Part shown: in pieces, positions 30,409 through 39,284 of the stretch | How the letters are laid out: every line of letters begins with the position of its first letter | How positions within the stretch are numbered: position 1 is the first letter of the stretch | DNA from: a virus | Taxonomy: Duplodnaviria > Caudoviricetes | DNA length: 64,000 nt | Reading direction: 5' to 3' (one strand) | IMG/VR virus record: IMGVR_UViG_3300037067_012456 | Span: 40,535-104,534 of that record | Made by a program: the position numbers and the translations under genes | The notes under the pieces: generated by a model | Told to the model about the DNA's origin: nothing | The model's database searches: none | What the model saw: the letters and a program-made list of their open reading frames with translations, nothing else

Positions 30409-32997
30409 ATGAAAATTGTAAAACTTGGTAAAGAAGATCATAAAAGTTTAAATAATATATTATCTGATATAGCTAAAAAATCAAATATTGACCAAGTAAA
30501 ATCTGTTAATATAGTTTTGAAACCAGATATTGGTATTGTTAAATATGCTTTAACAAATCAAGAATATATTCAAATGTTACAGAATGATCCTTTAGGAGGT
30601 GTACAAAATCCTGCTACTAATTTTGTACAACAAGGAGCACAACAAGCATTAACTAATACTCCTACTGGAGTAAATGAAGTACTAAATCCTGGTTCAATGG
30701 CTATGAATGCTGTTCAACAAGCACAACAAGTACAGCAAACAGGACAACAACAAACAGGGCAACAATCAACTGGAACAGAAACGGCAACATGGAAACCACA
30801 GATGAGGGGTCAAGGTGCTGATTTATTTACACAAACTGAAGGTGGTGCTGGTCAACTTATTCCAGTAGTTTTTGAGGGAGCTATTGATCCACAAGCACAA
30901 AATGTTCAAGTGTGGAACACTCAAACTAATAGTAAACAATGGGTTCCTATGGCTAGTGTTTTTGAATCAGGTACTCAAAGACCATATCCGTTTCAAGGAA
31001 CACAAGCAGAAACAAGTCCAGGAAATATGGAGAATCCACCAGCAAATGTAGCTCAAGCAAAACAAGATTTACAAGATTTTTATTATAGATTATCTGCCGA
31101 AAGAGAATTAAAAGAAGCAGATGCTTTAGATTTAGCATCAAAGGGTTTAGGAGTTGCTTCATTAGGATCAAAATTTGTGGCTCCACAAGCATATCCTTTT
31201 ATAAAAGCTGCTAATATTATATTAAAATTATATAATTTTTATAGAAATAATAAAAATTTATTTTCTGACATATTTGGTAATGAATCTTCTTCTGAGACTC
31301 AACAAATTGAACAAAAAGCTGCTTCAATAACTAAAGAAGCATTTGAAATACAAGGAATAATAGATTTTTTTGATAAATTAATTTCAGATCCAAGAATAGA
31401 ACAAATAATAGCAAATACAGATGCAGAATTAGCTATGGATTTAAATATTGTTAAAAAAATTATAAATGTTGGTTCTGAAGCAATAGATAAAATTAAAGAA
31501 ATTCTTAGTGGGAATAACTCCGATCAAAATACAATAAATGTTCCTAAAGGAGATTATAAAGTATCTAATGATATAGTTCAATTGAATTCTGAAACTATTT
31601 TAGTAAGAAAAGGATCAGATTTATATAATGCTTTAGAATCAAAAATAGAAAAAATAGCAGAACAAAATAATATTGATGGAATTAACGGTATTAAAATTGA
31701 AGTCACACCAGAACAATTTAAAGTAGCTTATTTAAAAAACGAGAAAGTAAGTTATAAATTAACTTCAAAATTTGCTGCGGGAGATCAATTTCCAATGCCA
31801 TTTGGTGGAGGAGGAGGTCTTTTTGGTGGTGGTGCAACTGGTGGGGAAAGTGCATTAGCTGGAGCACCAGCATCAGATTCTGGTGGTGGAATAATGGGTA
31901 CAGTTATGAATGTAGCTAAACCAATTTATGGTATAACTGGACAATTTCCTAATTTAACTGGTGGAGCAAGTGTTCTTGGTTCTATTATGTTAGCTAAAGC
32001 CCAAGGTAAAGAATGGAATTTATTTGATAATGGTTTAGTTCCTTTCTTAGCTGGTAGATATGGTGGACCACTTACTATGGCAGCAGTTATGGGAACACAA
32101 GCAGCTGGAATGGAAGGATTAGGAAAATGGGCATTAATTCTTGGTGGTTTTATAATAGATAATGCAATGAAAACTAGTATAGCAGAGGATGAAAATAAGA
32201 AAAAAGCTTTAGAATATGCTAAAAATAATATGGATGCCAAACTTTATAAAGAAAATCCTCAATTTGCTAGGATGATTTCAACATATCTTTCACAAATGAG
32301 AAAAACTAATCCAGATTATACTTTTCAACAAGCTAAAGAAGATTTAACTGAAGCAGGTGTAAATGCATCTGTTTTTGGTGTTATTGAAAAAATAGCTTCT
32401 ATAAAAAGAATAATGGAAGCAGATTCAGTTCATATTTCTATGAACGAAGATTATGCTGTATTTAGATTTAAAAATGCTGTTGGAGAAATTGATCCAAATA
32501 CTGGACAACCAATTGTTGCAAATTCTGCACAAGTTGATCCAAATACTGGACAACCCGCCCAATCAGCAGAACAACCCGCCCAACCAGCAGAACAACCCGC
32601 CCAACCAGCAGGACAACCCGCTCAACCAGCAGGACAACCCGCTCAAGAAACACCAGAAACTCAAGAGCAACAACCCCTAGTTTCTAAGGATATTGAAGAG
32701 GAATTTAAAAAGAAATTAGATCAATTAAATAATTTAGTAGAACAAAACAGTGCTGCAGCAAAAGAAGTAGCAGGAAATCCAACGGGTGGAGAAGAAGAAG
32801 CTAAAGCATCTACTGAAGGATTATCTGCTCAAATAACAGCTCTTGCTGATGAAATTCAGAATGATACAAGATTTAAACCATTAATTGATCAAATGAATGG
32901 TCAAATACCTAAAGAACAAACTGCTCCTGCTGAAGGACAAGTTCCTCAACAGGAACAACAACCAGTTCAACAGGAACAACAACCAGTAGAAGCATAA
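30409..32997 (+). CDS. multi-segment virion protein with Gln-rich and Gly-rich hydrophobic segments
   Basis: Low-complexity segments separated by K-x-A motifs. Confidence 0.6.
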   Translation: MKIVKLGKEDHKSLNNILSDIAKKSNIDQVKSVNIVLKPDIGIVKYALTNQEYIQMLQNDPLGGVQNPATNFVQQGAQQALTNTPTGVNEVLNPGSMAMNAVQQAQQVQQTGQQQTGQQSTGTETATWKPQMRGQGADLFTQTEGGAGQLIPVVFEGAIDPQAQNVQVWNTQTNSKQWVPMASVFESGTQRPYPFQGTQAETSPGNMENPPANVAQAKQDLQDFYYRLSAERELKEADALDLASKGLGVASLGSKFVAPQAYPFIKAANIILKLYNFYRNNKNLFSDIFGNESSSETQQIEQKAASITKEAFEIQGIIDFFDKLISDPRIEQIIANTDAELAMDLNIVKKIINVGSEAIDKIKEILSGNNSDQNTINVPKGDYKVSNDIVQLNSETILVRKGSDLYNALESKIEKIAEQNNIDGINGIKIEVTPEQFKVAYLKNEKVSYKLTSKFAAGDQFPMPFGGGGGLFGGGATGGESALAGAPASDSGGGIMGTVMNVAKPIYGITGQFPNLTGGASVLGSIMLAKAQGKEWNLFDNGLVPFLAGRYGGPLTMAAVMGTQAAGMEGLGKWALILGGFIIDNAMKTSIAEDENKKKALEYAKNNMDAKLYKENPQFARMISTYLSQMRKTNPDYTFQQAKEDLTEAGVNASVFGVIEKIASIKRIMEADSVHISMNEDYAVFRFKNAVGEIDPNTGQPIVANSAQVDPNTGQPAQSAEQPAQPAEQPAQPAGQPAQPAGQPAQETPETQEQQPLVSKDIEEEFKKKLDQLNNLVEQNSAAAKEVAGNPTGGEEEAKASTEGLSAQITALADEIQNDTRFKPLIDQMNGQIPKEQTAPAEGQVPQQEQQPVQQEQQPVEA
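32550..32646 (+). repeat. 21-bp coding tandem repeat (QPAQPAE/G, about 4.5 copies)
   Basis: acaacccgcccaaccagcaga-like units. Confidence 0.9.
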
Positions 32998-33449
32998 TGG
33001 ATTATAAAGCATATATAAAAAGAAGAATCGGCTCTTTAGTAAATAAAAGAAATAATGAATATCTTAAATCAGTATATGCATACCGTTTTAGGGGTATGAC
33101 TGATAATAAAGAGAAAGAAATTGTTGTTTATTTAAGAAATCAAACTGATATGGATAAACAACAATTAATTGATTTTTCTAAAGAAAAATTTAATCTTAAT
33201 GATGTAGAAGCAGAAAGATTATTTGATATGTCATTTCCTGATGGATTAGATTTAAATGAGGATAAATTATTAAATAATCTTAATAATTATTTAAAGGAAT
33301 CAAATACAGTATCAAAAAAATCTATAGATACTATTTTTGATTCATTGTTAAACAATACTGAATCAGAAATAAAATCAATTAATCCTATGTTAATTGATAC
33401 AACAAGAATAGTTATATCTTCTCTTTTACAAAGAAGAAGACTAATTTAA
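32997..33449 (+). CDS. hypothetical protein
   Basis: TAATG overlap. Confidence 0.7.
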   Translation: MDYKAYIKRRIGSLVNKRNNEYLKSVYAYRFRGMTDNKEKEIVVYLRNQTDMDKQQLIDFSKEKFNLNDVEAERLFDMSFPDGLDLNEDKLLNNLNNYLKESNTVSKKSIDTIFDSLLNNTESEIKSINPMLIDTTRIVISSLLQRRRLI

Positions 33450-33458
33450 GAGATTATT

Positions 33459-33848
33459 ATGGCGATTAAATTAAAAAAATGTAAAATTTGTGGTAGATTT
33501 GATAATTTACATGTATCAAAAACTAACAAAGTAATGGGAATATATTATAATAATATATTAATATGTTGTGGTATTATAGATAAAAACTATAATGAATTAT
33601 ATACTATATATTTTATTGGGAATAAAAATTATTTTTCTAATGTATTAACTTTTGTTGAAAATCAATATAAACAAATAAAATTACAAACAATTGTTGATCT
33701 TAGATTTAATGATAAAATAATACTGAAAGAACTTGGATTTAATGTTTCTAAATTACTAGAACCAGTATCAACAACAATTAAAAAAGGTAAAAAATTATAT
33801 ACAATTTTTGATGCTGGGTATTATCTTATGGAGAAAAATTATGCTTAA
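33459..33848 (+). CDS. stand-alone paralogue of the C-terminal domain of the 43431 endonuclease
   Basis: GIYYNNILIC / IVDLRF / IFDAG align with GLYFDDILIC / FIDVRY / IFDAG. Confidence 0.6.
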   Translation: MAIKLKKCKICGRFDNLHVSKTNKVMGIYYNNILICCGIIDKNYNELYTIYFIGNKNYFSNVLTFVENQYKQIKLQTIVDLRFNDKIILKELGFNVSKLLEPVSTTIKKGKKLYTIFDAGYYLMEKNYA

Positions 33849-34719
33849 TACTTTAAAAGTACCAGTGTCAGCTGTTAAGTTATTTACAGAATTTAATAAG
33901 AAAGAAAAAGAAAAGATAGCATCGATTCTAGAAGAAAATTCTAAAGAATATTATATTGCACCTACTGTTGAAAATTTTACTTATTGTACTTGTAGAGCAT
34001 TGGATTTTGGAGATTATCATGGTACTCTTGATAAAAAAGCATTATGGGAACATGCAGTAAATAAAAATGCAGATTTATTCAATTATGATGAAATAATTGA
34101 AGAACACCCAACAAGAAAAATATCTCGTTATCTAACATTTAGAACAGCTGGTATCTTTTTAAATCATAATAGTCAAAATCCAGAGGCAGCTATTGGTTTA
34201 GCTTTTGATTCAACTATTATTATGGAACCTTATGAGGATATGCATGTAGTATTATTATTTGGAATTGATAAACAAAAGAGTCCTGGTATTGCAAGAACTC
34301 TTCAAACATATCCTACTCGTATAGGAACTAGTATGGGATGTTCAATTAAAAGTAGTGTATGTACTGTGTGTGGTAAGGAAATTTATAAAGATTCTGATTT
34401 TTGTAATTGTTTAAAACATAATAGAGGTGGTAGAGTTAAAGGTAAAAAGGCAGCTGAATTATTAAGAGGAATGGAGTTTTATGAGCAAAGTGTTGTAACT
34501 TCTCCAGCATGTGATACTGCTTATGTTATTGATTCTATTTCTGAATTAATACCAGGTCGTTTATTAAAAGTTGCTGCTGAAGATACAAACGTACAGGTTA
34601 TTTGTAGAATTATGGGAACTATTCATAATCAGATAAGAGAAGCTAGAACAATTCAAGATAAAAAACGATTAATTAATCAATTTGATTCATTATTATCAAG
34701 ATTAGAAGGAATGATCTAA
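33841..34719 (+). CDS. prohead (capsid maturation) protease with Zn-finger insertion
   Basis: FLNH, TSMGC, CTVCG...CNC and FYEQSVVTSPA motifs; GGAG RBS favours ATG 33841 over 33808. Confidence 0.82.
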   Translation: MLNTLKVPVSAVKLFTEFNKKEKEKIASILEENSKEYYIAPTVENFTYCTCRALDFGDYHGTLDKKALWEHAVNKNADLFNYDEIIEEHPTRKISRYLTFRTAGIFLNHNSQNPEAAIGLAFDSTIIMEPYEDMHVVLLFGIDKQKSPGIARTLQTYPTRIGTSMGCSIKSSVCTVCGKEIYKDSDFCNCLKHNRGGRVKGKKAAELLRGMEFYEQSVVTSPACDTAYVIDSISELIPGRLLKVAAEDTNVQVICRIMGTIHNQIREARTIQDKKRLINQFDSLLSRLEGMI

Positions 34720-37097
34720 TGGCTGAATTACGTAGACAAACAACAGGGGAAGATATGACAATATCTTTTTCTCCGGGTTCTTTTCCTGTTTTGGGTTATG
34801 AAGGAAAAGAAAATACTCCTGTTAAAAAGAATATTAATGATCTTGCCGAAGCTTTAAAAAATCAACTTTCATCAATAACTAATATTGAAGTTAAAGATAA
34901 TCAAATTATTGCTGATGTAAAAGGATATAATAAACCTATATCAGATAAAATTCGTGAAATAGTTAAAAGTTTTATTGTTCCTGAAGAATTAAATAGAGAT
35001 GAAATTAATCCTTATACAGGAAAACCATATTCTATTGCATATGATCGACAAAAAAATGAGTTTAGTAGATTTAAAATTAATTTTCAAAGAACAAAAGATG
35101 TTAAATCTCCTGCTACAAAAGAAATGTCAGGAGAACTTGCTTGGTTTGCATTTCCAATAATGGAAAAAAATACTGAAGTAATTAGATATATTGTAAATAA
35201 AATACAAGATGTAGCAAATCCATCAAAACCAGAATTTAACCCATTAATTCCTATTTATAAGGCTGAATATGGAACAGCTAATATGGTATATGTTTTAGCA
35301 AAAAGAGAAGAATCTGTTTATGATTATATTTCTTCTATTGGAAAGATGTATTTTCCAATTGGTTTAAATACTTTAAATCAAATGACTCCACTAAAAACAG
35401 TTTCTGAAATAGCAAAAGCTGTTGGTATGCATGAAGCTAATTCATTTATTATAAGAAAATTTCTTACAAAAAACCCAAATTTTTTCTCTGATTTATTAGA
35501 AGGAAAAATAGGACCAGAAATTTCAGCTTCTTTTTATGATACTATATTTGAGGGTTTAAAAAAGAATAATCCAAATTTTGTTATATTAATAATAGATGCA
35601 ATTATAACTCCAAAAACATTTAAATCAAATAGACCAGTATTTTTTAAAGAAGAAAGATTTGTTGAGAAACATAAAAAATTTGTTGGTAATAAAAGAGGTT
35701 CTGAAACAAAAGAAGCTGTTACTAAATATCGTTCAGAAAAGGGAGATATTCTTTCTAATCCAGAAGATATTAAATTTTCTTTAGTTATTCATACAGTAAC
35801 AGAATTTGCAAGAAGTACTGATATTAATTCATTTCAAAAACAAGGTATATTTAACCAATTAGAAGATAGAATGATTCTAAACGATCAAACTGAAAATTTG
35901 GGTGATATTTCATTAAGTGATAAAACATTAGATGAAAATATATTATCTGAGATGTTTTCTAGTTTTGATATGACAGTACAAGAAATTAAGTCATTTGATC
36001 CAGAAACATTATTAGATCCTACTATTTTACAGTTTCAGAAAAAAATAAATCCAGAAACAAAAGAAGAAGAGATAATACAAGGAGAACTTGAAAAAGAAAA
36101 ATTTGAATTTTTACGAGAAATAGATTTTACTAAAATGTCTTCTAATCAAGATATAATTAAAATTGGGATTGATACTGAATCAACAAAAAAACAAATAAAT
36201 ATAGATGCTATAGATAAAAGAATAAAAGAAATAAATTTTAAATTAAAAGAAATTAATAAAAATAATTATGAAAAAGAAAAGAGATTAGAATCATTAAAGA
36301 AAATAAATGAGGCTGATTACTCAAATTTATATTCATCTTTTAAATTTGATCAAACACCTAGATTAAATGATCCTTCTATCTTAGAAGATTTTAATGCTTA
36401 TCTTTTATTAATTGGTAAAAAAGGAACATATTTTCAATATTTAAGTGGTGGAGAATTAGAATCAGAAAAAGAATCTATTGAACCTATTATTAAAGAATAT
36501 GCAATAAATAAATTAAATGAATCAAAAAGATCTATAGATTCTAATCTAAACAATTTAATATTAGAGACATCAATAGAAGTTGAAAAGTTAGAAGATGAAA
36601 AAAATTTATTATCAAATAAATTATATAATCAAACAACAATAGAACAAATAGAAGATAAAGAACAAATTACTTCTGGTTATATTATTGAAACAGGTATTTA
36701 TTTAAATCCAAATGGAGTGTTTGAAGGACAATATATTATTTATAAAGATATAAATGGTACTAAAGGAGAGATCATTAAACGTTTTAAATTTAATATTGGT
36801 AATTATACGATAGATAATATTATTAATGAATATGGTAAAGCAGAAATATTAGATGCAATTGTTAAATCAATACAAAAATATTCAAATGTTATTACACCAA
36901 TAATGAATCCAGATAGAATAGGAAATTATATAACGTTTCCTATTGATGTTAAATTAGGAAATATAAATGATCTTACTACACATGAGAAAGTAGTAACAAA
37001 ACAAGGAAGAATTAGATTTATCCAACAAGGTGATATAGCGATGGATAAATTGGAACAAATTCTTACTCAAACAGAAGAATCTATGGGGAGTAAATAA
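34719..37097 (+). CDS. hypothetical protein in head module
   Basis: TAATG coupling at both ends. Confidence 0.7.
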   Translation: MAELRRQTTGEDMTISFSPGSFPVLGYEGKENTPVKKNINDLAEALKNQLSSITNIEVKDNQIIADVKGYNKPISDKIREIVKSFIVPEELNRDEINPYTGKPYSIAYDRQKNEFSRFKINFQRTKDVKSPATKEMSGELAWFAFPIMEKNTEVIRYIVNKIQDVANPSKPEFNPLIPIYKAEYGTANMVYVLAKREESVYDYISSIGKMYFPIGLNTLNQMTPLKTVSEIAKAVGMHEANSFIIRKFLTKNPNFFSDLLEGKIGPEISASFYDTIFEGLKKNNPNFVILIIDAIITPKTFKSNRPVFFKEERFVEKHKKFVGNKRGSETKEAVTKYRSEKGDILSNPEDIKFSLVIHTVTEFARSTDINSFQKQGIFNQLEDRMILNDQTENLGDISLSDKTLDENILSEMFSSFDMTVQEIKSFDPETLLDPTILQFQKKINPETKEEEIIQGELEKEKFEFLREIDFTKMSSNQDIIKIGIDTESTKKQINIDAIDKRIKEINFKLKEINKNNYEKEKRLESLKKINEADYSNLYSSFKFDQTPRLNDPSILEDFNAYLLLIGKKGTYFQYLSGGELESEKESIEPIIKEYAINKLNESKRSIDSNLNNLILETSIEVEKLEDEKNLLSNKLYNQTTIEQIEDKEQITSGYIIETGIYLNPNGVFEGQYIIYKDINGTKGEIIKRFKFNIGNYTIDNIINEYGKAEILDAIVKSIQKYSNVITPIMNPDRIGNYITFPIDVKLGNINDLTTHEKVVTKQGRIRFIQQGDIAMDKLEQILTQTEESMGSK

Positions 37098-38866
37098 TGT
37101 CTGTTTCTTATTCTGGAGCGGGTACAGATATCTTTATTAGAAAGGTGAAGCCTGGTGCTACAGTAGGTGTTGGGTATTTTTTTGATGTATATGAAAATGG
37201 TGTTAAAATTGAATCTACAAAAATAGATACAAAGAAACACGTTTTACAATTAATAAAAGATTATAAAGAGAAATATCATACTGATAGAGCATTTCAAAAT
37301 GAATTACAGGTTCATATTACATATAAATCCAAAGAAGAACGAGGAGAAATTGCGATGCAATCTTTAGACCAAGAACTCTTAAAAAAAGCTAATAATATTA
37401 ATATAGCTTTGCAAAAATTAATATCTCCAGATCTTCCCATTAAAATAAGGGAAGCAGAATTAGCTGTTGGTAATGTAGATTTCATCCCAACTACTCCTGG
37501 TGGAACAGAGGGAACAATGGATGAAAATGGGATAGGTACAACTATTGCTACAAAATTTGTAGAATTTATAACAGGTAGTCAACCACAACAGGGACAAGAA
37601 TGGATAAAATCAGATAATTTATATAATCCACTAAAAAAATGGTTAACAGTAATTTCTAAAAAAATTAAAGAATTTGAACAAACAAATAATACAAAATTGG
37701 ATAGAAATAAAATATCTGATATTGCAGAAGCAGCAGTATTATCGGGAGATGCAAATTTATTAAAACAAAAAACACAAATGCAGGTTTCACCAGAAGTAGC
37801 TATTAAAGTAAAAGAAATTGGAGAAATGAAGGCTGGAATTAGAAAACCAACACCAATAAAAGAAAAAACCCAAGAAACAGCTCCACAACCTTTACCTGTC
37901 GCAGCTTCAGATAATAATATAGATTTACAAAAAATAGCTGAAGAATTAGAAGATCTTACTAAAACAGATGAAGGATTTGGGCAATCTTCAGAAGAAATAA
38001 ATTTTGATAAATTATTAAAATCTGAAGAAGAACCTGAAGAAGATTTGGGTTCTGATGTATTAGGAGAAGAATCTGAATTAGAAGAAAAAGATAGAATGGA
38101 AGTAGCAACTATTGATACTTTGAAAAAATCTTTTTTTGATTATGTTAAAAATATTAATAAAATAGCATCATTAGAAGATGCTTTTGCTTCTTGGAGTAAT
38201 AAACAAAATTTAGAATTTATTGAATCAAAATTAGTATTTAGTGCAATTAATGAAGATATAATGAATGATTTTTCGAAAGAACAAAGTGAATCTTATGCAG
38301 AAGCTATTAATTATTTATTGGGAGAAGTAGCTACTTATACGGCTCAATCATTAAGTAAAATAGCAAAAATTGGAACAGAATCTATTGATAAGACTCAATT
38401 AGATTCCATAGCAAATTCTGTTATATCTGATCCTATTATTCAACTTTCACTTTCAAATTTTTTATATCAATATTTTCATAAAAATTTAGAGAATATGTTT
38501 GTTCAATTTGGAGATATTGATGAAACTTCTGTTGATAAGATCTCATTAGACGCTGCAATTGAAAAAATAAGAAGTAATGAGTTTATAAAACAATTAGCTA
38601 ATGATATAAATAATAATTTTAAAAATATAGGATCTAATCAGTTTATAGGTGAACAAAGAAATATAGCAATGATTATAATTTTAGAATTGTCTAAATTGAT
38701 TTGTATTAAGCTAATTTTAGCTTTAAATACACTTTTTCCTAAATATAAAGAATCATTTAAAACACATTCTAATGGATTACCTAAATTAATTGCAGATTTT
38801 AAGAAACATTGGCCAAAAGAACCAGAAATGACAGAAATATCAGAACAAACTGAAAGTCAAGAATAA
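37097..38866 (+). CDS. hypothetical protein in head module
   Basis: ORF track; K-x-A motifs. Confidence 0.7.
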   Translation: MSVSYSGAGTDIFIRKVKPGATVGVGYFFDVYENGVKIESTKIDTKKHVLQLIKDYKEKYHTDRAFQNELQVHITYKSKEERGEIAMQSLDQELLKKANNINIALQKLISPDLPIKIREAELAVGNVDFIPTTPGGTEGTMDENGIGTTIATKFVEFITGSQPQQGQEWIKSDNLYNPLKKWLTVISKKIKEFEQTNNTKLDRNKISDIAEAAVLSGDANLLKQKTQMQVSPEVAIKVKEIGEMKAGIRKPTPIKEKTQETAPQPLPVAASDNNIDLQKIAEELEDLTKTDEGFGQSSEEINFDKLLKSEEEPEEDLGSDVLGEESELEEKDRMEVATIDTLKKSFFDYVKNINKIASLEDAFASWSNKQNLEFIESKLVFSAINEDIMNDFSKEQSESYAEAINYLLGEVATYTAQSLSKIAKIGTESIDKTQLDSIANSVISDPIIQLSLSNFLYQYFHKNLENMFVQFGDIDETSVDKISLDAAIEKIRSNEFIKQLANDINNNFKNIGSNQFIGEQRNIAMIIILELSKLICIKLILALNTLFPKYKESFKTHSNGLPKLIADFKKHWPKEPEMTEISEQTESQE

Positions 38867-38958
38867 TACTAATACTTTTTCGGTTAGATTACCTTAAATT
38901 TTTGATGTTTTTGTACATATTTATTTTGATACTAAAATACATATATTTATAAGTATTA

Positions 38959-39270
38959 ATGACAAAAAATATAACTAAACGTTTTTGGGATAATATTAAA
39001 ACAAGTAATAGCATCTCTTCATTAGAAGATGCTTTTGTTGTTTGGTCAAATAAAGAAAAACTTGATATTAATTCAGCAAAACAAGCATGGATTGATATAA
39101 ATAATGAAGTTAAAACAATATTTGCTCAAATTCCTACAGCAGTCCCACAAGCACCAATAGAAAATACAACACCCCCACAACAAGGGGGTTCTTTGCAAAT
39201 AGAAGATGTTAAAAGTGGGGAAGATAAAGGTTTAACATTAATTCGTGGGATTTTAACACAGGAAGCATAA
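38959..39270 (+). CDS. small protein paralogous to an internal segment of 37097-38866
   Basis: SLEDAFVVWSNK vs SLEDAFASWSNK. Confidence 0.7.
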   Translation: MTKNITKRFWDNIKTSNSISSLEDAFVVWSNKEKLDINSAKQAWIDINNEVKTIFAQIPTAVPQAPIENTTPPQQGGSLQIEDVKSGEDKGLTLIRGILTQEA

Positions 39271-39284
39271 AAAGGGACTAATAA

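Noticed and set aside
29759-32680. Antisense or overlapping ORFs 29759-30289, 30953-31192, 31926-32240, 32453-32680 and 32468-32653
   Set aside because: Fully nested in long, well-supported plus-strand genes; no motifs
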